A stretch of DNA of 55,868 nt from Polyangia bacterium (GTDB lineage Bacteria > Myxococcota_A > Polyangia > Fen-1088), in contig DASZWW010000039.1 of the NCBI GenBank assembly GCA_035546175.1, positions 1 through 55,868 on the forward strand. Direction: 5' to 3'. Every line of letters begins with the position of its first letter. Position 1 is the first letter of the stretch. The notes beneath the pieces were generated by a model that saw only the letters and a program-made list of their open reading frames with translations, made no database searches and was not told where the DNA came from. The translations under genes and the position numbers were made by a program. This document shows, piece after piece, positions 1 through 8,050 of this stretch.

Positions 1-181
1 CGGTCGAGCCCGCGGCCGCGCCCGCGGCGCCTGTCGCGCCGGCCGCGGCGCCAGCGGAGCCAGGGGTGCCCTGCTTCGACCCGCCGCTCGAGCAGGCGAA
101 GTCTCCGAGGGATGCCGCGCTCAGAACCAGGAGGGCGGCCGCCGCGCGGCGCCCAAACGACTCGGTGAAGCTCGCCCGCAT
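1..181 (-). CDS. Exported Gly/Ala-tethered protein, N-terminal fragment (gene continues past the left window edge)
   Basis: Absent from the ORF track because only about 60 codons lie in the window. Minus-strand ATG at 181 reads MRASFTESFGRRAAAALLVLSAASLGDFACSSGGSKQGTPGSAGAAAGATGAAGAAAGST. It has a basic n-region, hydrophobic core and Cys, then a Gly/Ala linker like the other lipoproteins here. Codons are GC3-rich. Confidence 0.45.
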   Translation of the reverse strand, partial: MRASFTESFGRRAAAALLVLSAASLGDFACSSGGSKQGTPGSAGAAAGATGAAGAAAGST

Positions 182-247
182 GCCTTTTTCGATAACACGA
201 TCCCGACACGAGGGGGTAGCGGGCGCGGAGCGGCCGATGCGCGCGCG

Positions 248-682
248 TCAGGGCAGCGTGTGCGCGGCGCGCGCGAGCTCGGCGAGCTCGGACTCGCTGA
301 GCGCCTTCTCGTCGGTGAACGCGACGCCGACGACGGCGCGCACCTTGCCGCTCGCGTCGTGCACGGGCAGCGCGACGCCCGCGCGCGCGTCGACCATGCG
401 CGCGCCCGGGCGCACCTGGCCGGTCGCGTCCGTCTTGATGTTGCACGTCGAGATCGGCTCGTCCCGCTCGAGCGCGAGGCCGGCCATGCCCTTGCCGCGC
501 GGGACGGTCCTCACGATCTGCTGCACCTGCTCCGGGATGCGCACGGCGGCGGCGAGGGAGAGCAGGTCGGGGGCCGTCAGCACGTGGACGGTGCCGGCGA
601 TGCCGCCGCTCTCGCGCACGAAGCCCTCGAGCCAGGACTGGGGATCGGCGCCTGGGGTGCTCACGGCGTGGGAGCATAACAC
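248..682 (-). CDS. Small single-domain GAF protein
   Basis: The C-terminal ~130 aa of ORF 248..955 read as a GAF fold (GTVHVLT, VPRGKGMAGLALERDEPISTCNIKTD, GVALPVHDASGKVRAVVGVAF). Start set at GTG 682 (AGGGG ~13 nt upstream); GTG 664 is the alternative. The longer ORF N-terminus is Ala/Arg-rich and looks non-coding. Confidence 0.75.
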   Translation of the reverse strand: MLCSHAVSTPGADPQSWLEGFVRESGGIAGTVHVLTAPDLLSLAAAVRIPEQVQQIVRTVPRGKGMAGLALERDEPISTCNIKTDATGQVRPGARMVDARAGVALPVHDASGKVRAVVGVAFTDEKALSESELAELARAAHTLP

Positions 683-782
683 CGCGAGGCGCGCCCCTGC
701 CGCGGGACTGTTTGGCGCGGCCGCCGAATGCGCTAACGTTGGTGACCGCCGCGCCCCACCTGCGTGGGCGCCGAAGTCGTCC

Positions 783-2018
783 GTGGCAAACAAAGCGCAA
801 AAACCAGCCGCGTCGCCGGCGGCGAGCCGGTCCGCGCGGGCGTCCCTGCCGACGGCCCGCATCCGGCAGAGCTTCTCCGTGCCGTTCGAGTACGACGTCA
901 CGTTCACGCGCGACGCCTTCGCGCCCGACAACGGGGCGCTCCTCGAGGCCTTCACGCGCCGCGAGCCTGCGCGGCGGCACCGCGTGCTCCCGATCGTCGA
1001 CAGCGGCCTGGCGGCCGCCTATCCCGAGCTGCCGGGCTGGCTCACGGCGTACTTCACACGCCACGCCGAGCGCCTCGAGCTGGTCGCGCCGCCCGCGCTC
1101 GTCGTCGGCGGCGAGGCGGCGAAGAACGATCCGCAGGTCGTCGCGCGGCTGCACGCGCTCTTCCACGAGCACCACCTGGATCGCCACTCGTTCGCGCTCG
1201 TGGTGGGCGGCGGCGCCGTGCAGGACGCCGCGGGCTTCGCGGCGGCCACCTGCCACCGCGGCCTGCGCACCGTGCGCGTGCCCACGACCGTGCTCTCGCA
1301 GAACGACTCGGGCGTCGGCGTGAAGAACGGCGTCAACCTCCTGGGGTCGAAGAACTTCGTGGGCTCCTTCGCGCCGCCCTTCGCCGTCGTCAACGACGCG
1401 CGCTTCCTCGAGCGCCTGCCGCGCCGCGATCGGCTCGCGGGCCTGGCCGAGGTCATCAAGGTCGCGCTCATCCGGGACGGGGCCTTCTTCGCCTCGGTCG
1501 AGGCCGACGCGGGCGCGCTCGCCGCGCTCGATCTGGACGCCACCGAGGAGGTCGTGCGGCGCTGCGCGGCGCTCCACCTGCGGCACATCGCGACGGGCGG
1601 CGATCCCTTCGAGCTCGGCAGCGCGCGCCCGCTCGACTTCGGCCACTGGACCGCCCACAAGCTCGAGTCGATGACGGCACACGAGCTGCGCCACGGGGAG
1701 GCCGTCGCGATCGGCATCGTGCTCGACAGCCGCTACGCCGCCCTGGCCGGGCTGCTCGCTGAGGCGGACTTCACGCGCATTCACGCGGTCGTCAGACGCC
1801 TCGGCTTGCCGAGCTGGCACGACGCGCTCGCCATCCGCGCGGCCGGCGGCCGCCTGGCCGTGCTCGACGGGCTCCGCGAGTTCCGCGAGCACCTCGGGGG
1901 CGAGCTCACGGTGACGCTCGTGCGCGGCATCGGCCACGCGCTCGAGGTCCACGAGATGGACGCCGCCCTCGTCGAGGAGGCGATCGTCTGGATGCGCGCC
2001 GCCGCGACGTCGTCATGA
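783..2018 (+). CDS. eboD: 3-dehydroquinate-synthase-fold sugar phosphate cyclase, EboD-type
   Basis: The last 412 aa of ORF 66..2018 carry DHQS-fold motifs (GGGAVQDAAGFAAATCHRGLRTVRVPTTVLSQNDSGVGVKNGVN, HWTAHKLE, HGEAVAIG). Start placed at in-frame GTG 783, beyond the divergent GAF gene. The stop overlaps the eboE start (ATGA at 2015-2018). Sits in ebo gene context. Confidence 0.8.
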   Translation: MANKAQKPAASPAASRSARASLPTARIRQSFSVPFEYDVTFTRDAFAPDNGALLEAFTRREPARRHRVLPIVDSGLAAAYPELPGWLTAYFTRHAERLELVAPPALVVGGEAAKNDPQVVARLHALFHEHHLDRHSFALVVGGGAVQDAAGFAAATCHRGLRTVRVPTTVLSQNDSGVGVKNGVNLLGSKNFVGSFAPPFAVVNDARFLERLPRRDRLAGLAEVIKVALIRDGAFFASVEADAGALAALDLDATEEVVRRCAALHLRHIATGGDPFELGSARPLDFGHWTAHKLESMTAHELRHGEAVAIGIVLDSRYAALAGLLAEADFTRIHAVVRRLGLPSWHDALAIRAAGGRLAVLDGLREFREHLGGELTVTLVRGIGHALEVHEMDAALVEEAIVWMRAAATSS

Positions 2019-3253
2019 TCGTCGCGCGGACGTCGGGGCTCGCCGAGAGGACCGACCTCGCGGACCTGCACCTCGGCTACTGCACGAACATCCACGCCGG
2101 CGAGACGTGGGACGAGGTGTTCGCGAACCTCCAGGCGCACGCGCGCGCCGTCAAGGCGCGCGTCGCGCCCGACCGGCCCTTCGGCCTGGGCCTGCGGCTG
2201 TCGGCGGCCGCGGCGCGCCGGCTCGCCGAGCCGGGCGTGCTCGAGCCGTTTCGCGACTGGCTGGGCGCGAACGGGCTCTACGTCTTCACGATCAACGGCT
2301 TCCCCTACGGCGCGTTCTCGGGCCGCGCCGTCAAGGAGCGCGTCTACCGCCCCGACTGGCTCGAGGACGAGCGGCTCGCTTACTCCGACGGGCTCGCCGA
2401 GATCCTGGCGGCCCTCGCGCCCGACGGCGTCGAGGGGACGGTGAGCACGGTGCCCGGCTGCTTCGCCGAGCGCGGCTCGCTGCGCGAGGCCGGGCCGCGC
2501 GTCGCCGAGCGGCTGCGCGCCCACGCCGAGCACCTCTGGCGCCTCGCCGAGCGGACGGGGCGCGCCGTCGCGCTGGCGCTCGAGCCCGAGCCGCACTGCA
2601 TGCTCGAGACCTCGGCCGACGCGGTGACGTTCTTCCAGGGCCACGTCTTCTCGCGCGCCTCGGTCGACGCGTTCGCCGAGGCCACGGGGCTCGCGGCGGC
2701 GCGCGCCGAGGAGACGCTGCGGCGCCACCTCGGCCTGTGCCTCGACGCCTGCCACGCCGCCGTCCAGTTCGAGACGCCCGACGACGCCGTGGGCCGCCTC
2801 GTCGCCGCGGGCGTGCGCATCCTCAAGGTGCAGGTGAGCGCGGGCCTGCGCGTCGCGAGGCCCGATCGTGAGGCGCGCGTGGAGCTGGCGCGCTTCGCCG
2901 AGGGCGTCTACCTCCACCAGGTCGTCGTGCGGAGCGGCGCGCACCTGCGCCGGTACCTCGACCTGCCGCAGGCGCTCGCCGACGCCGCGCGGCCGCGCGC
3001 CGAGACGGGCGACGAGTGGCGCGTCCACTTCCACGTGCCGGTGTTCCGCGAGCACCTCGGGCCCTTCGAGAACACCCAGGGCTTCCTCGCGCCCTTGCTC
3101 GCGCGCGTCGGCCGCGAGGACGTGAGCCGCCACCTCGAGGTCGAGACCTACACGTGGGACGTGCTGCCGCCCGAGCACCGCGCCGAGCCCGTCGACGACG
3201 CGATCGCGCGCGAGCTCACGTGGGCGCGCGACAAGCTGCGCGTCACGCCGTGA
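2015..3253 (+). CDS. eboE: Xylose-isomerase-like TIM-barrel protein, EboE-type
   Basis: Full 412-aa ORF with LGYCTNIHAGETW, FTINGFPYG, LALEPEP, LCLDACH and HFHVP motifs, typical of the sugar phosphate isomerase/epimerase TIM barrel found as EboE. Start is coupled to the eboD stop. Confidence 0.8.
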   Translation: MIVARTSGLAERTDLADLHLGYCTNIHAGETWDEVFANLQAHARAVKARVAPDRPFGLGLRLSAAAARRLAEPGVLEPFRDWLGANGLYVFTINGFPYGAFSGRAVKERVYRPDWLEDERLAYSDGLAEILAALAPDGVEGTVSTVPGCFAERGSLREAGPRVAERLRAHAEHLWRLAERTGRAVALALEPEPHCMLETSADAVTFFQGHVFSRASVDAFAEATGLAAARAEETLRRHLGLCLDACHAAVQFETPDDAVGRLVAAGVRILKVQVSAGLRVARPDREARVELARFAEGVYLHQVVVRSGAHLRRYLDLPQALADAARPRAETGDEWRVHFHVPVFREHLGPFENTQGFLAPLLARVGREDVSRHLEVETYTWDVLPPEHRAEPVDDAIARELTWARDKLRVTP

Positions 3254-3357
3254 TCACGCGACGATCTCCGGGATGACCTCGATGCCGTCGCCGTAGGCGC
3301 TGGGCGGCGCGGTGGCCGTCGCCCGAGCCACCCTGCCGGTCGAACGGCCTCGCTCGA

Positions 3358-4089
3358 ATGGCGAAGGCCGGTCTAAACTGGGCGCGAATGATGTCCGTGC
3401 AGACGGCGCTCAAGCTCGGGCGCGTCTCGAACCTGCCGACCGTGTGGACGAACGTGATCGCGGGCGTGGCGCTGTCCACGCTCGAGATCCGGTGGCTCGT
3501 CGTGGTCCCCGTGGCGCTCGCGGCGTCGTTGCTCTACGTGGCCGGCATGTACCTCAACGACGCGTTCGACCGGCGCTGGGACGCCGAGCACCGCCCCGAG
3601 CGGCCCATCCCGTCGGGCGAGGTCCCGGCGCGCCTCGTGTTCCAGGCCGGCTTCGGCATGATGGCCGCCGCGCTCGTCGTGCTCGCCGTCGCGGCGGGGG
3701 AGCGCGCGCTCTTCCTGGGGGCCGTCCTCGCGGGCCTCATCGTCCTCTACGACGTCTTCCACAAGCGGACCCCGTTCGCGCCCGCGATCATGGGCCTCTG
3801 CCGCGTCGCCGTCTACCTCCTCGCGGCGACCGCTGCCGGCCGGACGTTCGCCCCGCCCGTCGTGGCGGGCGCCGTCTTCCTCTTCTGCTACCTCGTGCTG
3901 CTCTCGACGATCGCGCGGCGTGAGACCACCGACCCGAAGCTGCCGCGCCTCGTGGGGCGGCTCATCGCCGGCATCTCGCTCGTCGACGGTGCGCAGCTCC
4001 TCGTCGTCGGGCCGCGGTGGGGGGCGCTCGTGTGCGTGGCGGCGTTCGCGCTCACGCTGCGGTGGCAGAGGCGCGTCGCGGGGACGTAG
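3358..4089 (+). CDS. eboC: UbiA-family prenyltransferase, EboC-type
   Basis: Polytopic membrane protein with a UbiA Asp-rich motif (YVAGMYLNDAFDRRWDAEHRPERPIPSG) and the N-terminal RVSNLPTVWTNV segment. ATG 3358; the ATG pair at 3388 is an alternative start. Confidence 0.8.
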   Translation: MAKAGLNWARMMSVQTALKLGRVSNLPTVWTNVIAGVALSTLEIRWLVVVPVALAASLLYVAGMYLNDAFDRRWDAEHRPERPIPSGEVPARLVFQAGFGMMAAALVVLAVAAGERALFLGAVLAGLIVLYDVFHKRTPFAPAIMGLCRVAVYLLAATAAGRTFAPPVVAGAVFLFCYLVLLSTIARRETTDPKLPRLVGRLIAGISLVDGAQLLVVGPRWGALVCVAAFALTLRWQRRVAGT

Positions 4090-4119
4090 CGCCCCGCGCG
4101 GGCGGGCCGGGCGAGGGGA

Positions 4120-5496
4120 TCAGGGGAAAAGGTGCGCGAGGACGGTCTCCTTGACCTCCGTCGCGGCGATCGTGTCGCCGGGGGGGAGGCGGCTCGGGTC
4201 GCTGGTGATGAAGACGGGGCCCTCGTCGGGCGTGTCGGTGAGGCGGCCGTGCGAGCCCTTGACCAGCGACGTGTCGAACGGGATGACGTCGAGGAGCGCG
4301 CGGAAGCCGAGCTTCCGGCGGAGGAGCGTGCTCGCGATCTTGAGCTTGGGCATCGCCAGCGCCGGGTCGAGGAACAGCTCGACGGGGTCGTACCCGGGCT
4401 TGCGGTGGATGTCGACGGTGCGCGCGTAGTCCGGCGCGAGCGCGTCGTCGAGCCAGAACGGGTACGAGAACCAGCGGTCGCGCGCGCTCACGGCGACGAG
4501 CTCGCCCGAGCGCGGGTGGTCGAGCCCGTGCGCGCGCTTCTCGTCCTCCCCCCAGACGGCGTCCACCCCGGCGAGCCCTTGCAGCAGCCGCTGCACCTCG
4601 CCGATGCGGTGGCGGCGCTTGACGTAGACGTGGGCGAGCTGGTGATCGACGACGGCGAACGCCTCGGACGCGCCGGCGTCGAGCTGCTCGCCTGCCTCCT
4701 CGCGCCGCACGGCGAGCAGGCCGGCGCGCCTCAGCACTTGATTGAGCGGGATCGCGCCGTTGACCTCGGTGATGCCGTACTCCGACAGGACGATCACCGC
4801 GGCGTCGTCCTTGCGCGCCTGCTCGATGAGGTCGCCGCAGAGCGCGTCGATGGCGCGCAGGTCCTGGGAGATGTCCGGGTGCCTGGGCCCGAGACGCTGC
4901 AGGTTGTAGTCGAGGTGCGGGAGGTAGACGAGGCTCAGCGTGGGCTTCTGCCGCTCCCACACGCGCGCCGCGCAGCGGGCGATCCACGAGCTGCACGTGA
5001 CGTCGGCGGCGGGACCCCAAAATTTGAAGAGGGGGAACGTCCCCAGCTCGGCCTGGAGCTCGTCGCGTAGCTCGGCGGGGTGCGTGTGGACGTCCGGCAC
5101 CTTGCGCCCGTCCGCGGGGTACTGCGGCCGCGGGGTCACGGCGTAGTCCGCCGTCGAGTACATGTTGAACCACCAGAAGAGCTTCGCGCACGTGAAGGCC
5201 GGGTCGCGCTTCTTCGCGGCGTCCCAGATCTTCTCGCCCGTGACGAGGGCGTTCGACTGCCGCCAGAGCGCGACCTCGGCGGTGTCGCGGTAGTACCAGC
5301 CGTTCGCCACGCAGCCGTGATCCCGCGGCGGCAGGCCCGTCGTGAACGTCGACTGCACCGAGCACGTCACGGCCGGCTCGATCGTCCGCAGCGGCCGCTG
5401 CGCGCCGTCGCGCGCGAGCGCCGCGAGGTTCGGCGTGTGCTCGCCCACGAGGTTGGGCGTCAGCCCGACGACGTTGAGGACGAGCGTGCGCCGCAT
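4120..5496 (-). CDS. eboF: Alkaline-phosphatase / nucleotide pyrophosphatase-phosphodiesterase family protein, EboF-type
   Basis: Uses internal ATG 5496 of ORF 4120..6222 (MRRTLVLNVVGLTP...). Motifs: TCSVQSTFTTGLPPRDHG, LPHLDY, SEYG, KGSHG. Starts 8 bp after the eboB stop. The upstream 242 codons of the tracked ORF overlap eboB in another frame and look spurious. Confidence 0.8.
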   Translation of the reverse strand: MRRTLVLNVVGLTPNLVGEHTPNLAALARDGAQRPLRTIEPAVTCSVQSTFTTGLPPRDHGCVANGWYYRDTAEVALWRQSNALVTGEKIWDAAKKRDPAFTCAKLFWWFNMYSTADYAVTPRPQYPADGRKVPDVHTHPAELRDELQAELGTFPLFKFWGPAADVTCSSWIARCAARVWERQKPTLSLVYLPHLDYNLQRLGPRHPDISQDLRAIDALCGDLIEQARKDDAAVIVLSEYGITEVNGAIPLNQVLRRAGLLAVRREEAGEQLDAGASEAFAVVDHQLAHVYVKRRHRIGEVQRLLQGLAGVDAVWGEDEKRAHGLDHPRSGELVAVSARDRWFSYPFWLDDALAPDYARTVDIHRKPGYDPVELFLDPALAMPKLKIASTLLRRKLGFRALLDVIPFDTSLVKGSHGRLTDTPDEGPVFITSDPSRLPPGDTIAATEVKETVLAHLFP

Positions 5497-5504
5497 CTCG
5501 ACGA

Positions 5505-6386
5505 CTAGGTGCGATCCACGCGCGGGGACTGGCCGCGGAGCACGGAGTTGCCCTCGAAGAGCTCGCGCTGGTCGACGACGGGCGCCACCTCGGCCAGATC
5601 GAGCCGCCCGCTCTGCCCGAAGAAGCGCACCGGGTTCTTCCAGCAGATCGTCTCGACGTCGGCCTGGGAGACGCCCGCCTCGGCGAGCGCCTTGGCCGTC
5701 TTCGGCACCTTGAGCGCGTCGGAGACGCCCCAGTCGGCGGCGCTGTTGATCAGGATCTTCTCGGCGCCGAACTGCTGGACGAGCGACACCATGCGCGGCT
5801 CGTCCATCTTCGTCCCCGGGTAGATCGAGTGTCCCGCCCAGCAGCCCGCGTCGAGCACGAGCGGCAGCGTCAGCTCGTTGTTGTGATCGACGAGCGCCAG
5901 CTCGGGCGGGAACCCGTGCGCGCGCAGCAGGTCGATGGTCCGCTCGGTGCCGCGCTTCTTGTCGCGGTGGGGCGTGTGGATGAGCACGGGCAGCTTGTGC
6001 GCCCGCGCGAGCTCGAGCTGCGCGGCGAAGGCCTCGTCCTCGGCGGGCGTCTGGTCGTCGTAGCCGATCTCGCCCACGGCGACGACGCCGTCCTTCTCGA
6101 GGTAGCGCGGCAGCAGCGCGAGCACGCCGGCGGCCACCTTGGGGTTGTTGGCCTCCTTCGGGTTGAGGGCGAGCGTGCAGTAGTGCCGGATGCCGAACTG
6201 CTGCGCGCGGAAGCGCTCCCACCCGACGAGCGACAGGAAGTAGTCCTCGAACGTGCCGACGTGCGTGCGCGGCTGCCCGAGCCAGAAGGCCGGCTCGACG
6301 ACGGCGGCGATGCCGGCGGCCGCCATGGCCTGGTAGTCGTCGGTCGTGCGCGACGTCATGTGGATGTGAGGATCGAACAGCCGCAT
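5505..6386 (-). CDS. eboB: TatD-like metal-dependent hydrolase, EboB-type
   Basis: MRLFDPHIHM at the N-terminus, plus GEIGYD, VLIHTPH and VDHNN: amidohydrolase/TatD-fold metal ligands. Lies between eboA and eboF. Confidence 0.8.
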   Translation of the reverse strand: MRLFDPHIHMTSRTTDDYQAMAAAGIAAVVEPAFWLGQPRTHVGTFEDYFLSLVGWERFRAQQFGIRHYCTLALNPKEANNPKVAAGVLALLPRYLEKDGVVAVGEIGYDDQTPAEDEAFAAQLELARAHKLPVLIHTPHRDKKRGTERTIDLLRAHGFPPELALVDHNNELTLPLVLDAGCWAGHSIYPGTKMDEPRMVSLVQQFGAEKILINSAADWGVSDALKVPKTAKALAEAGVSQADVETICWKNPVRFFGQSGRLDLAEVAPVVDQRELFEGNSVLRGQSPRVDRT

Positions 6387-6408
6387 GGGGCTCCTTCCCT
6401 TGTGCCGG

Positions 6409-7065
6409 TCAGCCGCTCCGGCCGAGCACGAGCGCGATGTCGGAGGGCACGGGGCGGCCCGCGGCGCGCCGCTCGCTCGCGTACGCCTCGACCATGCGTC
6501 GCAGCTCGGGCGTCACGCGGCGCCGGAGATCGACCACGCGCGCGAGCGAGACCTCGCAGAACAGGCACTTGAGGACCAGCTGGTTGAACGCCTCCTCGGA
6601 GAAGTGCCGCGCGGGGAAGGCGTTCTCGCAGGCGATTGCCTCGAGCACGGGGATGGCGTTGTTCCGGACGGCCTCGACGCCGATGGCGGCGAAGCGCTCG
6701 GGCGCCGGCAGGTGCGGCAGCGCGCGCAGCACGGCCTGGCGCTCGCGCAGGTCGCCCGTCGCGTAGAGCTCGTTGACGAGCGCGGCGTGCGCCTCGGGCA
6801 GCCGCGCCCCGAGCGCGGCTTGCAGCAGCAGCGTGCGCCCGAACTCGTCCGCGCCCCACCCCGCCGGGAAGAACGGCAGCCTCCGCTCGTCGTCCGTGGG
6901 CGCGCCGATGGGCGCCTGCCCCAGCCGGCGGCCCGCGCCGCTCCACATGATGAGGAACGCGTCGGTCGCCTCGCCCTTGGCGCGCACCTTGTGCAGCGCC
7001 TGACGGAACCAGCTCGCCGCCTCCTCGGGGAGACGCGAAGTGAGCACTGTCTCGAGCGACGCCAT
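6409..7065 (-). CDS. eboA: EboA-like protein
   Basis: 218-aa soluble, mostly helical protein (WSGAGRRLG, ELYATGDLRERQAVLRALPHLP) sitting 22 bp upstream of eboB, the position EboA occupies. The family call rests on context and my memory of EboA sequences. Confidence 0.6.
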   Translation of the reverse strand: MASLETVLTSRLPEEAASWFRQALHKVRAKGEATDAFLIMWSGAGRRLGQAPIGAPTDDERRLPFFPAGWGADEFGRTLLLQAALGARLPEAHAALVNELYATGDLRERQAVLRALPHLPAPERFAAIGVEAVRNNAIPVLEAIACENAFPARHFSEEAFNQLVLKCLFCEVSLARVVDLRRRVTPELRRMVEAYASERRAAGRPVPSDIALVLGRSG

Positions 7066-7113
7066 GGCCGGTGCGCCGCCCGTCCGGGCCTCGGGCGGCC
7101 TCTGCGCCGAGCT

Positions 7114-8034
7114 TTACCCCGCGAAGGGCGTTTCCGCTAGGCCTTTCACACCGGGGCGCAGGGCGAGCAGGCTGCCGGCGAGCGGCTCCTCGGCGAGCTG
7201 GGCCTCGGACAGCGTCGCGCGCATCGTCGTGACGTAGAGGACGTCCAGGTTCGGGCCGCCGAACATCACGCTCGTGCCGCGCGAGACGGGCAGCTCGATG
7301 ACGCGCTCGAGCTTGCCGTCGGGGGCGTAGCGCGCGAGGCGGCCGAACATCGGCTGCGCGCTCCACACGTAGCCCTCGGCGTCGACCGTGAGCCCGTCGG
7401 GGAACGCGCTCTCGTGCGGCTCGAGGGAGACGAAGACGCGCCGGTTCGAGACGTTCCCCGTCGCCGCATCGAAGTCGTAGGCGAAGATGCGGTGCCGGAA
7501 GCTCTCCGTGAAGTACATCGTCTTGCTGTCCGGGCTCCAGCCGAGGCCGTTCGAGCAGCAGATGCCCTCCTCGACGCGCACGGGCTTCAGATCCGCGCCG
7601 AAGCGGTAGAGGTTGCCGATGGGGTGATCCCACTCGACGTCGCCCATCGTGCCGCCCCACATGCGGCCCTGGCGATCGGTCTTGCCGTCGTTGAAGCGGT
7701 TGCCGGCCTTGTCGGGCTCGGGCTCGGCGAGCTTCTCGAGCTTCTGCGTCTTCGGATCGAAGAACGCGAAGCTCGAGCGCAGCGTGAGGATGAGCCCCTT
7801 GCCGTTCTGGCGCGGCGCGATCGAGGTGACCAGCTCCGGCAGGTCGAAGACCTGGTTCGAGCCGTCGGCCGGGTCGAAGACGTTGAGCTGCTTGCCGACG
7901 ATGTCCGCCCAGTAGAGGCGCTGCTCGGCGACGGACCACACGGGCCCCTCGCCGATCTGCGCCTTCGCCGAGAGGACGCACGTCACCTCGGCGCGCGTCG
8001 GCTTGACCCCGTGGTCCAGGCTGGTGCGGTTCAT
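7114..8034 (-). CDS. SMP-30/gluconolactonase/LRE-family lactonase (copy 1)
   Basis: GEGPVWSVAEQRLYWADIVGKQL, NRFNDGKTDRQGRMWGGTM, SNGLGWSPD, PDGLTVDAEGYVWSA and FGGPNLDVLYVTT: the six-blade propeller lactonase signature. Confidence 0.85.
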   Translation of the reverse strand: MNRTSLDHGVKPTRAEVTCVLSAKAQIGEGPVWSVAEQRLYWADIVGKQLNVFDPADGSNQVFDLPELVTSIAPRQNGKGLILTLRSSFAFFDPKTQKLEKLAEPEPDKAGNRFNDGKTDRQGRMWGGTMGDVEWDHPIGNLYRFGADLKPVRVEEGICCSNGLGWSPDSKTMYFTESFRHRIFAYDFDAATGNVSNRRVFVSLEPHESAFPDGLTVDAEGYVWSAQPMFGRLARYAPDGKLERVIELPVSRGTSVMFGGPNLDVLYVTTMRATLSEAQLAEEPLAGSLLALRPGVKGLAETPFAG

Positions 8035-8050
8035 CGCCGGCTCGCGCTCC

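Noticed and set aside
66-782. N-terminal 239 codons of the 650-aa ORF that contains eboD.
   Set aside because: The composition is Ala/Arg/Ser junk, it lies antisense to the well-formed GAF gene, and DHQS-fold proteins are about 350-410 aa. An in-frame GTG at 783 gives the expected length.
4090-4119. A bidirectional terminator in the 30-bp eboC/eboF convergent gap.
   Set aside because: Only a 4-bp GCCC/GGGC stem can be drawn and there is no T-run, which is too weak to call.
5497-6222. Upstream extension of the eboF ORF (700-aa version). The same problem of over-long tracked ORFs applies to 27217..28644, 29526..30284, 45160..46992, 48376..48933, 48880..49383 and 50922..51158.
   Set aside because: The extensions overlap neighbouring genuine genes and have low-complexity Arg/Ala-rich sequence. 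Internal ATGs preceded by purine-rich sites give products that begin with proper signal peptides or conserved N-termini.
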